From positions 32,001 through 96,000 of the forward strand of contig JASMDC010000001.1 of assembly GCA_030753015.1 (NCBI GenBank): 64,000 nucleotides of DNA, given 5' to 3'. The notes below the pieces were generated by a model, which was not told the origin of the DNA, ran no database searches, and saw only the letters and a list, made by a program, of their open reading frames with translations. This DNA comes from Candidatus Undinarchaeales archaeon. GTDB taxonomy: Archaea > SpSt-1190 > JASMDC01. Shown piece by piece: positions 21,286-30,718 of the stretch. The position numbers and the translations under genes were made by a program. Within the stretch, counting starts at the first letter, position 1. The number at the start of each line of letters is the position of its first letter.

Positions 21286-22220
21286 GCGTCATCACCCTCC
21301 TCCTCGTCCCCTTCCTCTTCTGGGACCACATCCCCCTCGTCCTCTGGTGCCTCGGGCCACATGACCCTGGCGATGAAGGGGAGACCGATCAGCATGGGGA
21401 ACCCGCTGGCGACGATACGCTGGAGCAGGTCCGCTGTGATGATCGCCTCGGGAGGTCCCAGTCCCTTGTAGAAGGTGAGCATGGACCATTCAACGCTCCC
21501 CAGTCCACCAACGGTGATCGGCACGGCGGCCAGCATGATGGTCAGCGGCAGGTAGAGCATGACCGTGGTGAACGGCACGTCCATCCCCGCCATGGAGAAG
21601 TACAGGGTGTTCATAACGCATACGCTCAGCCACACGGCGAGGGCAAGAGCGTAGAGCTCGAGCACGTTCTGCCGTCCCAGGGCGCGGAAACTGGTGAACA
21701 CGGGATGGTCGACAAGACGCGAGGCGGCGACAGCGGCCAGTATGAAAGCGCACACGGCCACGAGGGCCCAAGTGAACTGTGTTCCCAGGACCTGGCCGGA
21801 GAACGCGAGCCCCAGGACCGATACGGTCACCAGCGCTGCAAGGTCGAAGACGTTGTCCAGGAACACCGAGGACACGCCCTTGACGAAGGGGAACAAGTGG
21901 GTCACACGCAGGTAGTTCGCCTTGAGGAGGTCCGAGGTCTTCATGGGGAGGACGACCTCGGCGGGTGATGCACCGCAGTACACCATGACCGTCTCCGATA
22001 CGGGGATGGTGCATCCCGTGTGCTGGAGGATGCGCTGCCATCGTAGCGACAGGATAGCGATGATCCCGAGCTCGATGGCGAGCGCCAGGACCAATATGGT
22101 GGAATCGATAGCTGCAAGGCGCTGGCTCACGTCCTCCATATCGATGTTGCGGAGCGTGAACCACAGCAGGAAGACCGAGAACGCCACGGGGAATAGGGTG
22201 CGGATGATTCGTTTGGGCAT
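21282..22220 (-). CDS. Flippase-like membrane protein (lysylphosphatidylglycerol synthase TM/UPF0104 family)
   Basis: LRWQRIL, LPMKTSDLLK, DNVFDL, PITVGGLGSVE motifs. Confidence 0.85.
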   Translation of the reverse strand: MPKRIIRTLFPVAFSVFLLWFTLRNIDMEDVSQRLAAIDSTILVLALAIELGIIAILSLRWQRILQHTGCTIPVSETVMVYCGASPAEVVLPMKTSDLLKANYLRVTHLFPFVKGVSSVFLDNVFDLAALVTVSVLGLAFSGQVLGTQFTWALVAVCAFILAAVAASRLVDHPVFTSFRALGRQNVLELYALALAVWLSVCVMNTLYFSMAGMDVPFTTVMLYLPLTIMLAAVPITVGGLGSVEWSMLTFYKGLGPPEAIITADLLQRIVASGFPMLIGLPFIARVMWPEAPEDEGDVVPEEEGDEEEGDDA

Positions 22221-22309
22221 CTCATGCCCTCCCGGGGCCAGCACCCGAGGCCTGCATAGGATTGGATGGGCTGTGAAGATTTAAAAAGAGGGCGGCGGGG
22301 CGGTAGCTC

Positions 22310-23242
22310 TCATCCCTCTTCCTCCTCGTCATAGGCGCCGGACAGTGCCCGGGCACCGCTCGGATCGGCGGCGTCGGACCAGATGACACGGGAAATGATG
22401 GGTAGACCCACCAAGAGGGGGAAGGCCGTGGTCACCAGGCGCTGGAGCACAGCGGCGGTGATGATCGCCTCGACAGGTCCGAATCGGCCGTAGAAGAGGC
22501 GCATGGTCCACTCCATGCTCCCCACACCGCCAACGGTGATGGGGAGGGCGGCCAGGACCACCGTCAGGGGAAGGTAGAGCATCACCGCTGTGGTTGGGAC
22601 GTCTATGTCCGCCATTGAAAAGTAGAGGGTGACGCTGGCCACCACAAGTATCCAGACGCTCAGGGCAAGGACGAAAAGCGTCGCGATAAGCCGGGGGCCA
22701 AGGGCCTGAAAGCTGGCGAACACCGGGTGATCCACAACACGGGAGGCGGCCGCAACGCCCGCTACCAGCGTACCGATCCCCGCGAGCACCCAGACCGCCT
22801 GTCCGGGCACGACCTCGCCTGAGAGCGCCACGCCCAGTGAGAGAATGCAGATCAGTGCCGCAAGGTCGAACAGGTTGTCCAGGAGGATTGTGGACACACC
22901 CTTCGCAAACGGAAGGCACTGGTGGACATGCAGGTAGTTCGCCTTGATGAGGTCGGCGGTCTTGGCTGGGAGAACGATCTCGGCCGGGGCAGTGCCTACA
23001 TACACCATCATGGCCTCGCTTAGGGGCAGCTCGCACCCGGTATGTTGGATGATGAGCCGCCACCGCAGGGAGATGAGGATGATGATGGCCACTTGGAGCG
23101 CCAGCACCGCAACGATCGGAGCTAGACCGATCCCACCAAGACGCTGGAGCACGCCGTGGGGGTCCACGTCCCGGAGGACATAGGCAAGCAAGGTCAGGGA
23201 TATGGCCACCGGAATGCCGGCCTTCAATGTCCGGGAATCCAT
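22310..23242 (-). CDS. Flippase-like membrane protein (UPF0104 family), tandem paralog
   Basis: LRWRLII, LPAKTADLIK, DNLFDL, PITVGGVGSME; clearly paralogous to 21282..22220. Confidence 0.85.
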   Translation of the reverse strand: MDSRTLKAGIPVAISLTLLAYVLRDVDPHGVLQRLGGIGLAPIVAVLALQVAIIILISLRWRLIIQHTGCELPLSEAMMVYVGTAPAEIVLPAKTADLIKANYLHVHQCLPFAKGVSTILLDNLFDLAALICILSLGVALSGEVVPGQAVWVLAGIGTLVAGVAAASRVVDHPVFASFQALGPRLIATLFVLALSVWILVVASVTLYFSMADIDVPTTAVMLYLPLTVVLAALPITVGGVGSMEWTMRLFYGRFGPVEAIITAAVLQRLVTTAFPLLVGLPIISRVIWSDAADPSGARALSGAYDEEEEG

Positions 23243-23243
23243 C

Positions 23244-24914
23244 TCACGCTGACCGCCGCACGACCAGGTCGTCCATGACCAGCACATCCATGCCAGAACC
23301 ACGGAAGGTGCGCACCGCCTCTTGCGGTGTGCGGACGATGGGCTCGCCCCGGTCATTGAATGACGTGTTGAGCACGAGCGGTACTCCTGTTTCCTTTGCA
23401 AAGGCCGAGATGAGGGCGTGGTACCGGGGATTGGTACGTCGGTCGACGGTCTGGAGCCGTGCGGTGCCGTTCACGTGGACGATGGCGGGGACCTCATCGC
23501 GTCGCTCCTCGCGCACTCCGTATGTGAGCAGCATAAAGGGCGACGGGTCGTTGCGGTCGAACCACTTGCCGGTCTCTTCGACCAGGATGGATGGCGCCAG
23601 CGGACGCCACTGCTCCCGTCGCTTGACCTCGTTCACCCGGGTGTGCATCGCCCGGTCCCGGGGATCGGCGAGTACGGAGCGGTTGCCCAGTGCCCGTGGT
23701 CCGAACTCAAGGGCACCCTGGACCCAGCCGACCACTTTGCCGTCGGCGAGCAGTTCCGCGGCAACGACCGCGGGATCGTCCACGCGCTCGGCATCGAAGC
23801 CCTCCGCCCGCAGCACGCGCTCTGCCTCGTCACCATCGATGCCCGGACCCAGGTATGGGTGCGTCATGGTCCACGCGGGCTCGCCCTCCTCGGCGGCCAC
23901 AAGGAGAGCCGCTCCCACAGAGCAGCCGGCATCGTTGGCCGCAGGCTGGACGAACACCTCGCGCACGTGCTCGCTGGCCAGCAGCTTACCGTTCATTGAG
24001 CAGTTGAGCGTCACTCCGCCGGCAAGGCAGAGGCGTTTGAGCCCGGTCCGGTCGTAGAGGTGGTCGGCGAGTGCGAGGGCCGCCTCCTCGAGGTCGGTCT
24101 GGAGCGTGGCGGCCAGGTTCTTGTGCTCATCGGTGAGCTTGCCCTCGTGCCGCGTCAGTCGGCGGGCGGCCCGGATCCGCTCGTTGTTGATGGCCACGCG
24201 GCCGCGCTGATATCGGGTCAAGGGGCCCAGCTCGCTGTCGTACCGCCCGTACGGGGCAAGGCCCATGGTCTTCCCCTCCCCGAACTGGCCCATGCCCAGG
24301 ATCTGGGTCACCTGGTCGTAGAGCAGGCCCAGCGAACCGCTGATGGGCAGACGCTCCATGAGCTCGAGCTCGCGACCGCGCCCTACGAACAGGGATGTCG
24401 AGTCGCGCTCACCGGCGCCGTCCATAACAAGGACCGCAGCATGATCGAACCCCGACGCGTAGTAGGCGGAAGCGGCGTGCGCCGTATGGTGGGGGACATG
24501 GACGATCCGGCCGACACGCTTGGCGATGGAGCGTAGCCAGCGCACCCGCCGGGGGTAACCGGCCACAAGCCCCTCCACATAGCTGCTCGTGTCCTGGCGG
24601 TCGGGATCCCTTACCTTGGTAGTGATGGGCTCGATGGCGTTGACGTACCGGATCACGTCATAGGTCATCCTGTACCAGCCCGCTAGCCCGATATCGAACC
24701 CAAGGGCCACGGCGTCGACGTCGTCCAGGTCCAGCCCACGCGAGCTCAGGCACCACTCCATGGCGCGGGCGGGGGGATCTCCGCCGTAGTAGAAGCCATC
24801 GGCGTGCTTGACACGGGTGAACCGCTCTTCCTCGACGGCAGCAGTCACACGCCCGTCCTCGACAAGGCAGGCAGAGCTGTCGTGGCTGATGTCCTGGAGG
24901 CCCAGCACACGCAT
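23244..24914 (-). CDS. O-carbamoyltransferase (NodU/CmcH/TobZ family)
   Basis: HDSSA, EEERFTRVKH, HHTAHAASAYY, EGKTMGLAPYG, AGGVTLN, EFGPRALGNRS, LNTSFN. Confidence 0.95.
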   Translation of the reverse strand: MRVLGLQDISHDSSACLVEDGRVTAAVEEERFTRVKHADGFYYGGDPPARAMEWCLSSRGLDLDDVDAVALGFDIGLAGWYRMTYDVIRYVNAIEPITTKVRDPDRQDTSSYVEGLVAGYPRRVRWLRSIAKRVGRIVHVPHHTAHAASAYYASGFDHAAVLVMDGAGERDSTSLFVGRGRELELMERLPISGSLGLLYDQVTQILGMGQFGEGKTMGLAPYGRYDSELGPLTRYQRGRVAINNERIRAARRLTRHEGKLTDEHKNLAATLQTDLEEAALALADHLYDRTGLKRLCLAGGVTLNCSMNGKLLASEHVREVFVQPAANDAGCSVGAALLVAAEEGEPAWTMTHPYLGPGIDGDEAERVLRAEGFDAERVDDPAVVAAELLADGKVVGWVQGALEFGPRALGNRSVLADPRDRAMHTRVNEVKRREQWRPLAPSILVEETGKWFDRNDPSPFMLLTYGVREERRDEVPAIVHVNGTARLQTVDRRTNPRYHALISAFAKETGVPLVLNTSFNDRGEPIVRTPQEAVRTFRGSGMDVLVMDDLVVRRSA

Positions 24915-24977
24915 GGAACGGGGGAGGTGCGCGAAGATTTAAAAATGGGTCGAGCCCATCCCCGGTCAGAGGCCTCC

Positions 24978-26312
24978 ATGGAACTACTTCGCCTTACCCG
25001 GAGCGTATGCCCGACCTGCCTGAAGGAGGTCGAGGCCCGCATAGTCGACCGGGGCGATGCAGTGGTGATGGAGAAGGGATGCGACGACCACGGACCAGTA
25101 GAGGTGCTCCTTGCTCGTGACGGGACCGCCCTGCGCGAGCTGCTGCCACTGCGAGAGCGTCTCGGGCTGGGCCGGGGCGGTGGGGAGAGCTACTCCCTCT
25201 ATGTCACCTCCCGGTGCAACGAGCCTTGCCCCACCTGCTTTGCCAACCAGTGCCTGGACGGCTACCATGAGCCCTCGGTGTTCGAGGTGCGCTCAGCGCT
25301 CGAGGGGCTGCACGCACCTCGTGTGAGCGTGTTCGGCGGCGAACCCACGGAACGTGCGGACCTGTTCGAGATAGTGTCCGCCATACGTGACGCAGGAGGC
25401 GAACCCGTCGTGTTCACCAATGGGCTCAAGCTGGTCGATCCCAACTACGCACGGGAGCTTGTCGACGCTGGTGCCCGCGAAGTGCGGCTTGAGATCGATA
25501 CCCTCGATCCGGACATCCTGGCCCGCCTGCGGGGGGCCGATGTGCTTGACGCCAAGCTCACGGCGCTCGACAACCTCGATACTCTGGGAGCCACCGCCTT
25601 TATCGAGGCCGTTGTGGTCCCGGGTGTGAACGAAAGTCCATTCGACATGCTCATGGAGCTTGCTGCTCGAACTCCCTGCGTGCGGGGGATCTCATTCAGG
25701 TCATACGCTTTTCGGCCCAGGCCAAAGGAACGGCGTGTGCAGCCGTTGCGCCCCGATGAGCTGATAGCTCTGGCCACCGAGGCCACCGATGGTGCGGTTA
25801 CCATAGCACGGGTGGTCGCCTTCCAGAAGGTGCTGGCAGCTTTCCTCCGCCTCGCCGGTCACCGCTGGTGCCCGGCCGACCTCATCTATCCTATGGTGCG
25901 TCACGGGGAGGATGTGGTCCCTGTGCACGACGTGGCGGACGTGGACGCTCTCGCAAGTGCCGTGGAGCGGACTGCCCACCTCTGGAGCACCTACCCGGCC
26001 CTGGCGACGGTCCGGCTGTCGGCAGCGGCGGCACCTCACCTTGCTGGACGCGAGGCCATGGGGCTTGGCGCCTCGGCCATCCAGCGCGTGCTCGCTGCCC
26101 TCGTCGGTCGGCAGACCTCACTGGACAGCGACCTGGTGCTCCTGTCATTCGGGGCGTTCTGCGATCCGACGGTCATCGACCTGGACCTCATGGGCCAGTG
26201 CCCCGTACGTGACCTGCTCCACCCTGAGCGACGTGCCATGTGCGCGTCCTACCTGGCGTACCTGCGAGATGCTCCCACGGACCGTCGCATCTGGAAGGTC
26301 CGAGCTCCTTAG
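24978..26312 (+). CDS. Radical SAM enzyme related to the tetraether synthase (Tes/GDGT-MAS, MJ0619) family
   Basis: N-terminal TRSVCPTC...EKGCDDHG metal site, CNEPCPTC SAM cluster, GGEPT, TNG, C-terminal Cys residues. Confidence 0.75.
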   Translation: MELLRLTRSVCPTCLKEVEARIVDRGDAVVMEKGCDDHGPVEVLLARDGTALRELLPLRERLGLGRGGGESYSLYVTSRCNEPCPTCFANQCLDGYHEPSVFEVRSALEGLHAPRVSVFGGEPTERADLFEIVSAIRDAGGEPVVFTNGLKLVDPNYARELVDAGAREVRLEIDTLDPDILARLRGADVLDAKLTALDNLDTLGATAFIEAVVVPGVNESPFDMLMELAARTPCVRGISFRSYAFRPRPKERRVQPLRPDELIALATEATDGAVTIARVVAFQKVLAAFLRLAGHRWCPADLIYPMVRHGEDVVPVHDVADVDALASAVERTAHLWSTYPALATVRLSAAAAPHLAGREAMGLGASAIQRVLAALVGRQTSLDSDLVLLSFGAFCDPTVIDLDLMGQCPVRDLLHPERRAMCASYLAYLRDAPTDRRIWKVRAP

Positions 26313-26799
26313 ATATTTATCGGCTCGGCTGGGATTGAGCATGCCTCGATACGGACGACTGTCGCTCCCGCTGTTATGATGGGGGCACGAAGCGCGGCCG
26401 TGCTCTGGGATGCCCTGGGGACGTTAGGGTCGATGCCTTTCAGTGGATCTACGACTGTATGGGGGATCTGCTTTTTATCCGACACCGTTTTCGGGTATCC
26501 TGCATCTCACCTTCAAATCACAGGCGGATGTCGGGTAATCCGCATACTGTTTCGGAAAAGGCGATGTTCGTGTCTGGTAAACACCACCCTGTCGAACGGA
26601 AAGCGGCGGGCTTGATAGGTGATTCTTACGCCTTTTGCACGAGGGGGCGAAGTATATCCGACGAAATGAACTAGATGAAGAAGCGAACGATTTGTTCGGG
26701 TATAAGGAGTTATACGCCATACGCTTGATTGTTGAAGGATTCGACAAGTAAATAAACCGTTACGGCCATTGAAGTGGTAAGATAACGTAACAATCGGAT

Positions 26800-28224
26800 G
26801 TGTTATTGATCGATAAGGATACAGATACTAATTGTCTATTAAAGGTCGGCATTATACTAATTATATTATTCTTTTTAATCATTCCACGCAACTCAATAAC
26901 ATGTGTAAGGCGCGAGGTGAGGCCTAGCTCCATTTTCCCTAGTTATTACGCCACAATTTCACCAACAACTCCACCCCAACCATCAATACCTCCATTAACA
27001 AAACCTCAAGAAATCTTCAATCCACGTGCTTTAGAGTATTCCCGTAAGTGGTCCCATGAGGAGAGTAATTATGAAAAGAAAGTAGATCAAGGATCTGCAT
27101 TCGAAGAAATGACAGGACTCAGAATTCTAGTGATGAGCAGCGGAAATCCCTTGATATTCTATGCCCCCCGTCATCAGTCTCAATCTATCGATTTTTATAA
27201 AGCCCAGAATTCGTGTAATCCAAGAATCAGCTCTCCTTATTACGCTCCACTAAATATCACCCGCCTCCCATCCCTACCCGTCACCATCCGCAACGTCACC
27301 CTCGCCAACGACACCCTCGCCCTGGAGCTCGTCATCGATGGCCATCCTTCGATCTACTTCCTGACGGATACGCCCTTGGACTACATCGAGTACCTCGCCG
27401 TGTGCTTGTGGGATGAGCTGGAGCGACGCAAGCCGCCCACCATCACGCTGGCCAACGGCACTGAGGCATTACTGTGGTCAGTGCGGCCAATATCGGATGT
27501 TACAGGCATGACTGAAGATGAGAGATTATTGTTCAGGGAGCGGTACGAGCGCATCTACGAGTGGGCTGAACTCAAGGATTTCACGAGCCCCAACTTCGAT
27601 GACCGTGGATTGCGTCGTCCACCGAAGAATGGGATTTTGAAATTTCTTTCATCACGTTCTCTCCGCGAGAGGCGGATGCTTCGAATGCGAGTTTTCTTCA
27701 CGGACAAGGGTGTTTTCGACCTTGACGACATGGACAAGCATAAAATCGATGACCTGCCAGTGAGACAGGACTACATCGATACCGTGAGAATGCTAGGACT
27801 CGATGTGGTCGACATTGTAGGCTCGAACAGTATCGTTGTGTTTGGTCCTCGGGAGGCGGCCCTGAAGCTCAATGACCTTCCGTATATTTCCAAGGTCAGC
27901 ACATCTTTATGTGGCTGCCATACTTGTTGTAAGATATACGAATGCTGGGGGACAGACGAGCGAATTGGATTTGACCTCGAAGAGCTAATGAAAGACCGCC
28001 GTGAAGTAGTGATTGAAATCGAGAGTTGCAATTGGGAATCACTTTGGAAAAAGATACGTTTTGTCAGTGGTCTCCGACAAGATGAGGTATTCAAGTGTAC
28101 GGATATCTTCATCGCCACACCAGACGCGGTACGACAATTAGCATCCCTTAATGAAGTGTCATGGATTAGTACTGTCTATTGCCACTCGGGTCCAGATCCC
28201 GATACTTCTTGCTGGCCATCATAA
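26800..28224 (+). CDS. Hypothetical protein with N-terminal TM helix (cassette 1)
   Basis: 474-aa ORF with atypical, lower GC; Cys-rich C-terminal part. Confidence 0.6.
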   Translation: MLLIDKDTDTNCLLKVGIILIILFFLIIPRNSITCVRREVRPSSIFPSYYATISPTTPPQPSIPPLTKPQEIFNPRALEYSRKWSHEESNYEKKVDQGSAFEEMTGLRILVMSSGNPLIFYAPRHQSQSIDFYKAQNSCNPRISSPYYAPLNITRLPSLPVTIRNVTLANDTLALELVIDGHPSIYFLTDTPLDYIEYLAVCLWDELERRKPPTITLANGTEALLWSVRPISDVTGMTEDERLLFRERYERIYEWAELKDFTSPNFDDRGLRRPPKNGILKFLSSRSLRERRMLRMRVFFTDKGVFDLDDMDKHKIDDLPVRQDYIDTVRMLGLDVVDIVGSNSIVVFGPREAALKLNDLPYISKVSTSLCGCHTCCKIYECWGTDERIGFDLEELMKDRREVVIEIESCNWESLWKKIRFVSGLRQDEVFKCTDIFIATPDAVRQLASLNEVSWISTVYCHSGPDPDTSCWPS

Positions 28225-28320
28225 TTGTCCGATTTGATGGAATCCGACATATTTCTATCACAGTGTGATTCTTATGAAAGGGAGAGAACAGACCATTATT
28301 TGTAACCGTTAGCGTACGGT

Positions 28321-28471
28321 CGTACAACAATCGGACTCACGGTTCCGGACCTCCGTTATACATTTCGGCCCTCCACCGACACGGCCCCACATCTCCTGAA
28401 GGTTGTTGATCCATACGTCGCTTGAGAATCGCCAGGCGGGGCCGCGTCAGTGAGTCCTTGGACGTTATCCG
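28321..28471 (+). repeat. attC-like site 1
   Basis: CGTACAAC(28321-28), GGACTCAC(28333-40) ... GTGAGTCC(28450-57), GTTATCCG(28464-71); inner arms CACCGACACGGCCCCAC/GCGGGGCCGCGTCAGTG mismatch only as C.A on the top strand (G.T on the bottom). Confidence 0.6.
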
Positions 28472-28483
28472 AAAGCCCAAACG

Positions 28484-28551
28484 TACATTAATAGGAAAAA
28501 ATAAATAGAATCCGCTACATTAATATTAACAATATATTAAAAATGGTGTAG
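28484..28551 (+). promoter_or_regulatory. AT-rich promoter/operator of the abiE-like operon
   Basis: Nested inverted repeats GCTACA/TGTAGC (28514-19/28546-51) and TTAATAT/ATATTAA (28520-26/28534-40); direct repeat TACATTAATA at 28484 and 28516. Confidence 0.55.
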
Positions 28552-28555
28552 CAAA

Positions 28556-29056
28556 ATGGAAGGGCTCTCAAGCAAGGAGATCGAGATCGTTTCGTATCTT
28601 GAGCTTAATGGGAGGTTATTCTTCACCAAGAAAGATATCTTGCGATTCTTCAAGAACGAGAATGAGCTTGGCGTGTACCTTCATCGATTGAAGAAGAAGG
28701 GAAGGATACTGAAACTGAATAAGGAGAAATACTACCTCATACCCGTGAGAGCATTCCGGGGGCACTGGTCCGAGCACCCCTTCATAATCATTGATGAGAT
28801 GTTCAATGGGAAGGATTATGTGATTCGCGGAATGGCCGCTGCCCATTACTGGAGCCTTATCGAACAGATACCAACGACGATTGAAGTCCAATGTATGAAT
28901 CGGCAAGGGGAAAGAACGATCTTTAATTTCACGATTATCTTCAAGCGGACCCGGAAGAATAGTCTTCAAAAAGCTGTGAAAAGAAAGGTTAAGGGACATT
29001 CATTCCGCATTTCGCCGAGGGAGGATGTTGTAAATTGGCTGAACTCAAGAGGATGA
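28556..29056 (+). CDS. Type IV toxin-antitoxin antitoxin, AbiEi family
   Basis: wHTH LHRLKKKGRILKLNKEKYYL, then YV..MAAAHYWSLIEQIP; directly upstream of an AbiEii-like gene. Confidence 0.85.
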   Translation: MEGLSSKEIEIVSYLELNGRLFFTKKDILRFFKNENELGVYLHRLKKKGRILKLNKEKYYLIPVRAFRGHWSEHPFIIIDEMFNGKDYVIRGMAAAHYWSLIEQIPTTIEVQCMNRQGERTIFNFTIIFKRTRKNSLQKAVKRKVKGHSFRISPREDVVNWLNSRG

Positions 29057-29794
29057 CTGAAGCCCAGTTGCGTTACCTCGCGGGGGAGAAGGGTTTCAAT
29101 CTCATCTATCTGGAGAAGGATTATTTCCTTACGATGCTGCTTTTCTATCTCAAGGATATCAGAGGGATCGTGTTTAAGGGCGGAACCGCTCTCAACAAGA
29201 TATACCTTGACCTATAAGAGATTGAGCGAGGATTTGGACTTCTCATGTACGAGGGATATCCAGAGCATCAGGAGCCAGATAGAAATGATGTTGAAGAATC
29301 ACAGATCCTTCTTTTCTGCCATCTCTTTCGACAACATGACGGAAGACTCCACACGGATGATAATTCGCTACAACGGGTATTTTCAGAGGGACAGTTCATT
29401 GATTCTGGACCTGAACAGAAAGGCTTCGGTCATTCTCGAACCGTCGGAAACTAAAGTCCCTCACTTCTATGAACAGATACCGAAGTTCTCTATCACTACA
29501 CTCTGCTAGGATGAGCTTGTCGCAGAGAAAGTACGAGCAATGATAACAAGAAACCAGCCAAGAGACTACTTCGACATCTACATGATAATCTCGAGTAATA
29601 TGAAAATCAATATGGACCTCGTCAGAAGCAAGACCAAGGAGGCTCAGGAAGAGTTCAGTATCGAACGTATCTTCAATAATGCAAGGAAGATCTATTCGAG
29701 GTGGGAACAGGACATCGGCCACCTCACGAACGAATTCGTTGATTACCATACCGTTGTGAAGGCACTGCAGAAGGAATTCAAGTACAAGAAATGA
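29035..29794 (+). pseudogene. AbiEii/AbiGii nucleotidyltransferase toxin, inactivated
   Basis: EKDY, FKGGTAL, then an extra C at about 29212 before YKRLSEDLDF; in-frame TAG at 29507-29509 before DELVAEKVRA...RDYFD. Confidence 0.85.
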
Positions 29795-29812
29795 TTATAT
29801 TCATTGGGCCTC

Positions 29813-29950
29813 CGGATAACAATCTGGCTTGTGGCTCGCTGAGCTACGCTCGCTCGCCAACAGCCCTCCAAGGAGCACACGAGCTCCTGTCTTGAACATA
29901 GCATCCGATTATCTTATGGGGGGCCGATGCAGGTCCTTATCCGTTAGCCG
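29813..29950 (+). repeat. attC-like site 2
   Basis: CGGATAAC(29813-20), hairpin GGCTTGTGGC..GAGCTACGCTC..GCCAACAGCC, second hairpin GCCCTCCA..TGGGGGGC, ends GTTAGCCG(29943-50). Confidence 0.6.
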
Positions 29951-30005
29951 ACAGTGTGTTCGCTATTTGCATAACGAGATGACCTATCATCAAATATGTA
30001 GAACC

Positions 30006-30584
30006 TTATAGCTTGGGTAGGAGCCTTCCGGTCTTTTCCATGTATTCTTTATAATCGTCTCCGAACTCCTTCATCATCATCTCTTCTTCTCTGGGTATCC
30101 TTCGTATGTATAATGGGATGGACGCTAAAAAGAATGTGGGTCCTGCTATCCAGTTCTGTAGTAGCAGTGCCTGTGCGATCCCCCAAATTGAGTGTGCTGT
30201 ATACATGGGGTGTCGTATTTTTTTGTATACTCCCGTTGTTACTAGTGTTTGTTCTTCTTTGGTATCTGTTGTCAGTGAGAAGTTCTTTCCAAGATCACTA
30301 TGTGATCTCCATAGAAGCCATAGTGCGATCGCAAAGGTTGGTGCTCCAAGCCAGGCGATCCCTAGGGGTAGTTCGTAGTTGGCGAAGTCAAGCCTTTGTG
30401 TGAATATGTATAATAGGGGTAATATAAACATGGGGATGGCGACAAGGATCATTAGTGGCCCATCCGGTCCTTTGATGGCCTCCATTTTTTCTTTTTGTGT
30501 CATTCCTTTTAGGAAGTATTTTCTTATGATCGAGGCTATAAGTAGTCCAACCAGATATGCTACTTCTAGATTTGTGTCGATCAT
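30006..30584 (-). CDS. Isoprenylcysteine carboxyl methyltransferase (ICMT/Ste14) family protein (cassette 3, inverted)
   Basis: LGKNFS, LVTTGVYKKIRHPMY, EEEMMMKEFGDDYKEY..KTGRLLP; low GC. Confidence 0.9.
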   Translation of the reverse strand: MIDTNLEVAYLVGLLIASIIRKYFLKGMTQKEKMEAIKGPDGPLMILVAIPMFILPLLYIFTQRLDFANYELPLGIAWLGAPTFAIALWLLWRSHSDLGKNFSLTTDTKEEQTLVTTGVYKKIRHPMYTAHSIWGIAQALLLQNWIAGPTFFLASIPLYIRRIPREEEMMMKEFGDDYKEYMEKTGRLLPKL

Positions 30585-30718
30585 TTTATTGGACTTCCCT
30601 TATTTGGTATCTACCTTTCAATCTGGTGTTATTTAATATCATCGAGAATACTTCCTCCTTTCGTCCTTTTTACCTTAAGAGTATCCGTTCAAGATGAATT
30701 ATTTTGCGGACCTCATAA

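Noticed and set aside
29507-29509. In-frame TAG as pyrrolysine readthrough
   Set aside because: The gene is already frameshifted upstream, TAG is a common true stop here, and no pyl genes are present in the window.
30006-30584. Eukaryote-like CAAX processing pathway (ICMT plus the Rce1-like gene at 13114)
   Set aside because: Both families are widespread in prokaryotes, and the two genes are unlinked and differ in composition.
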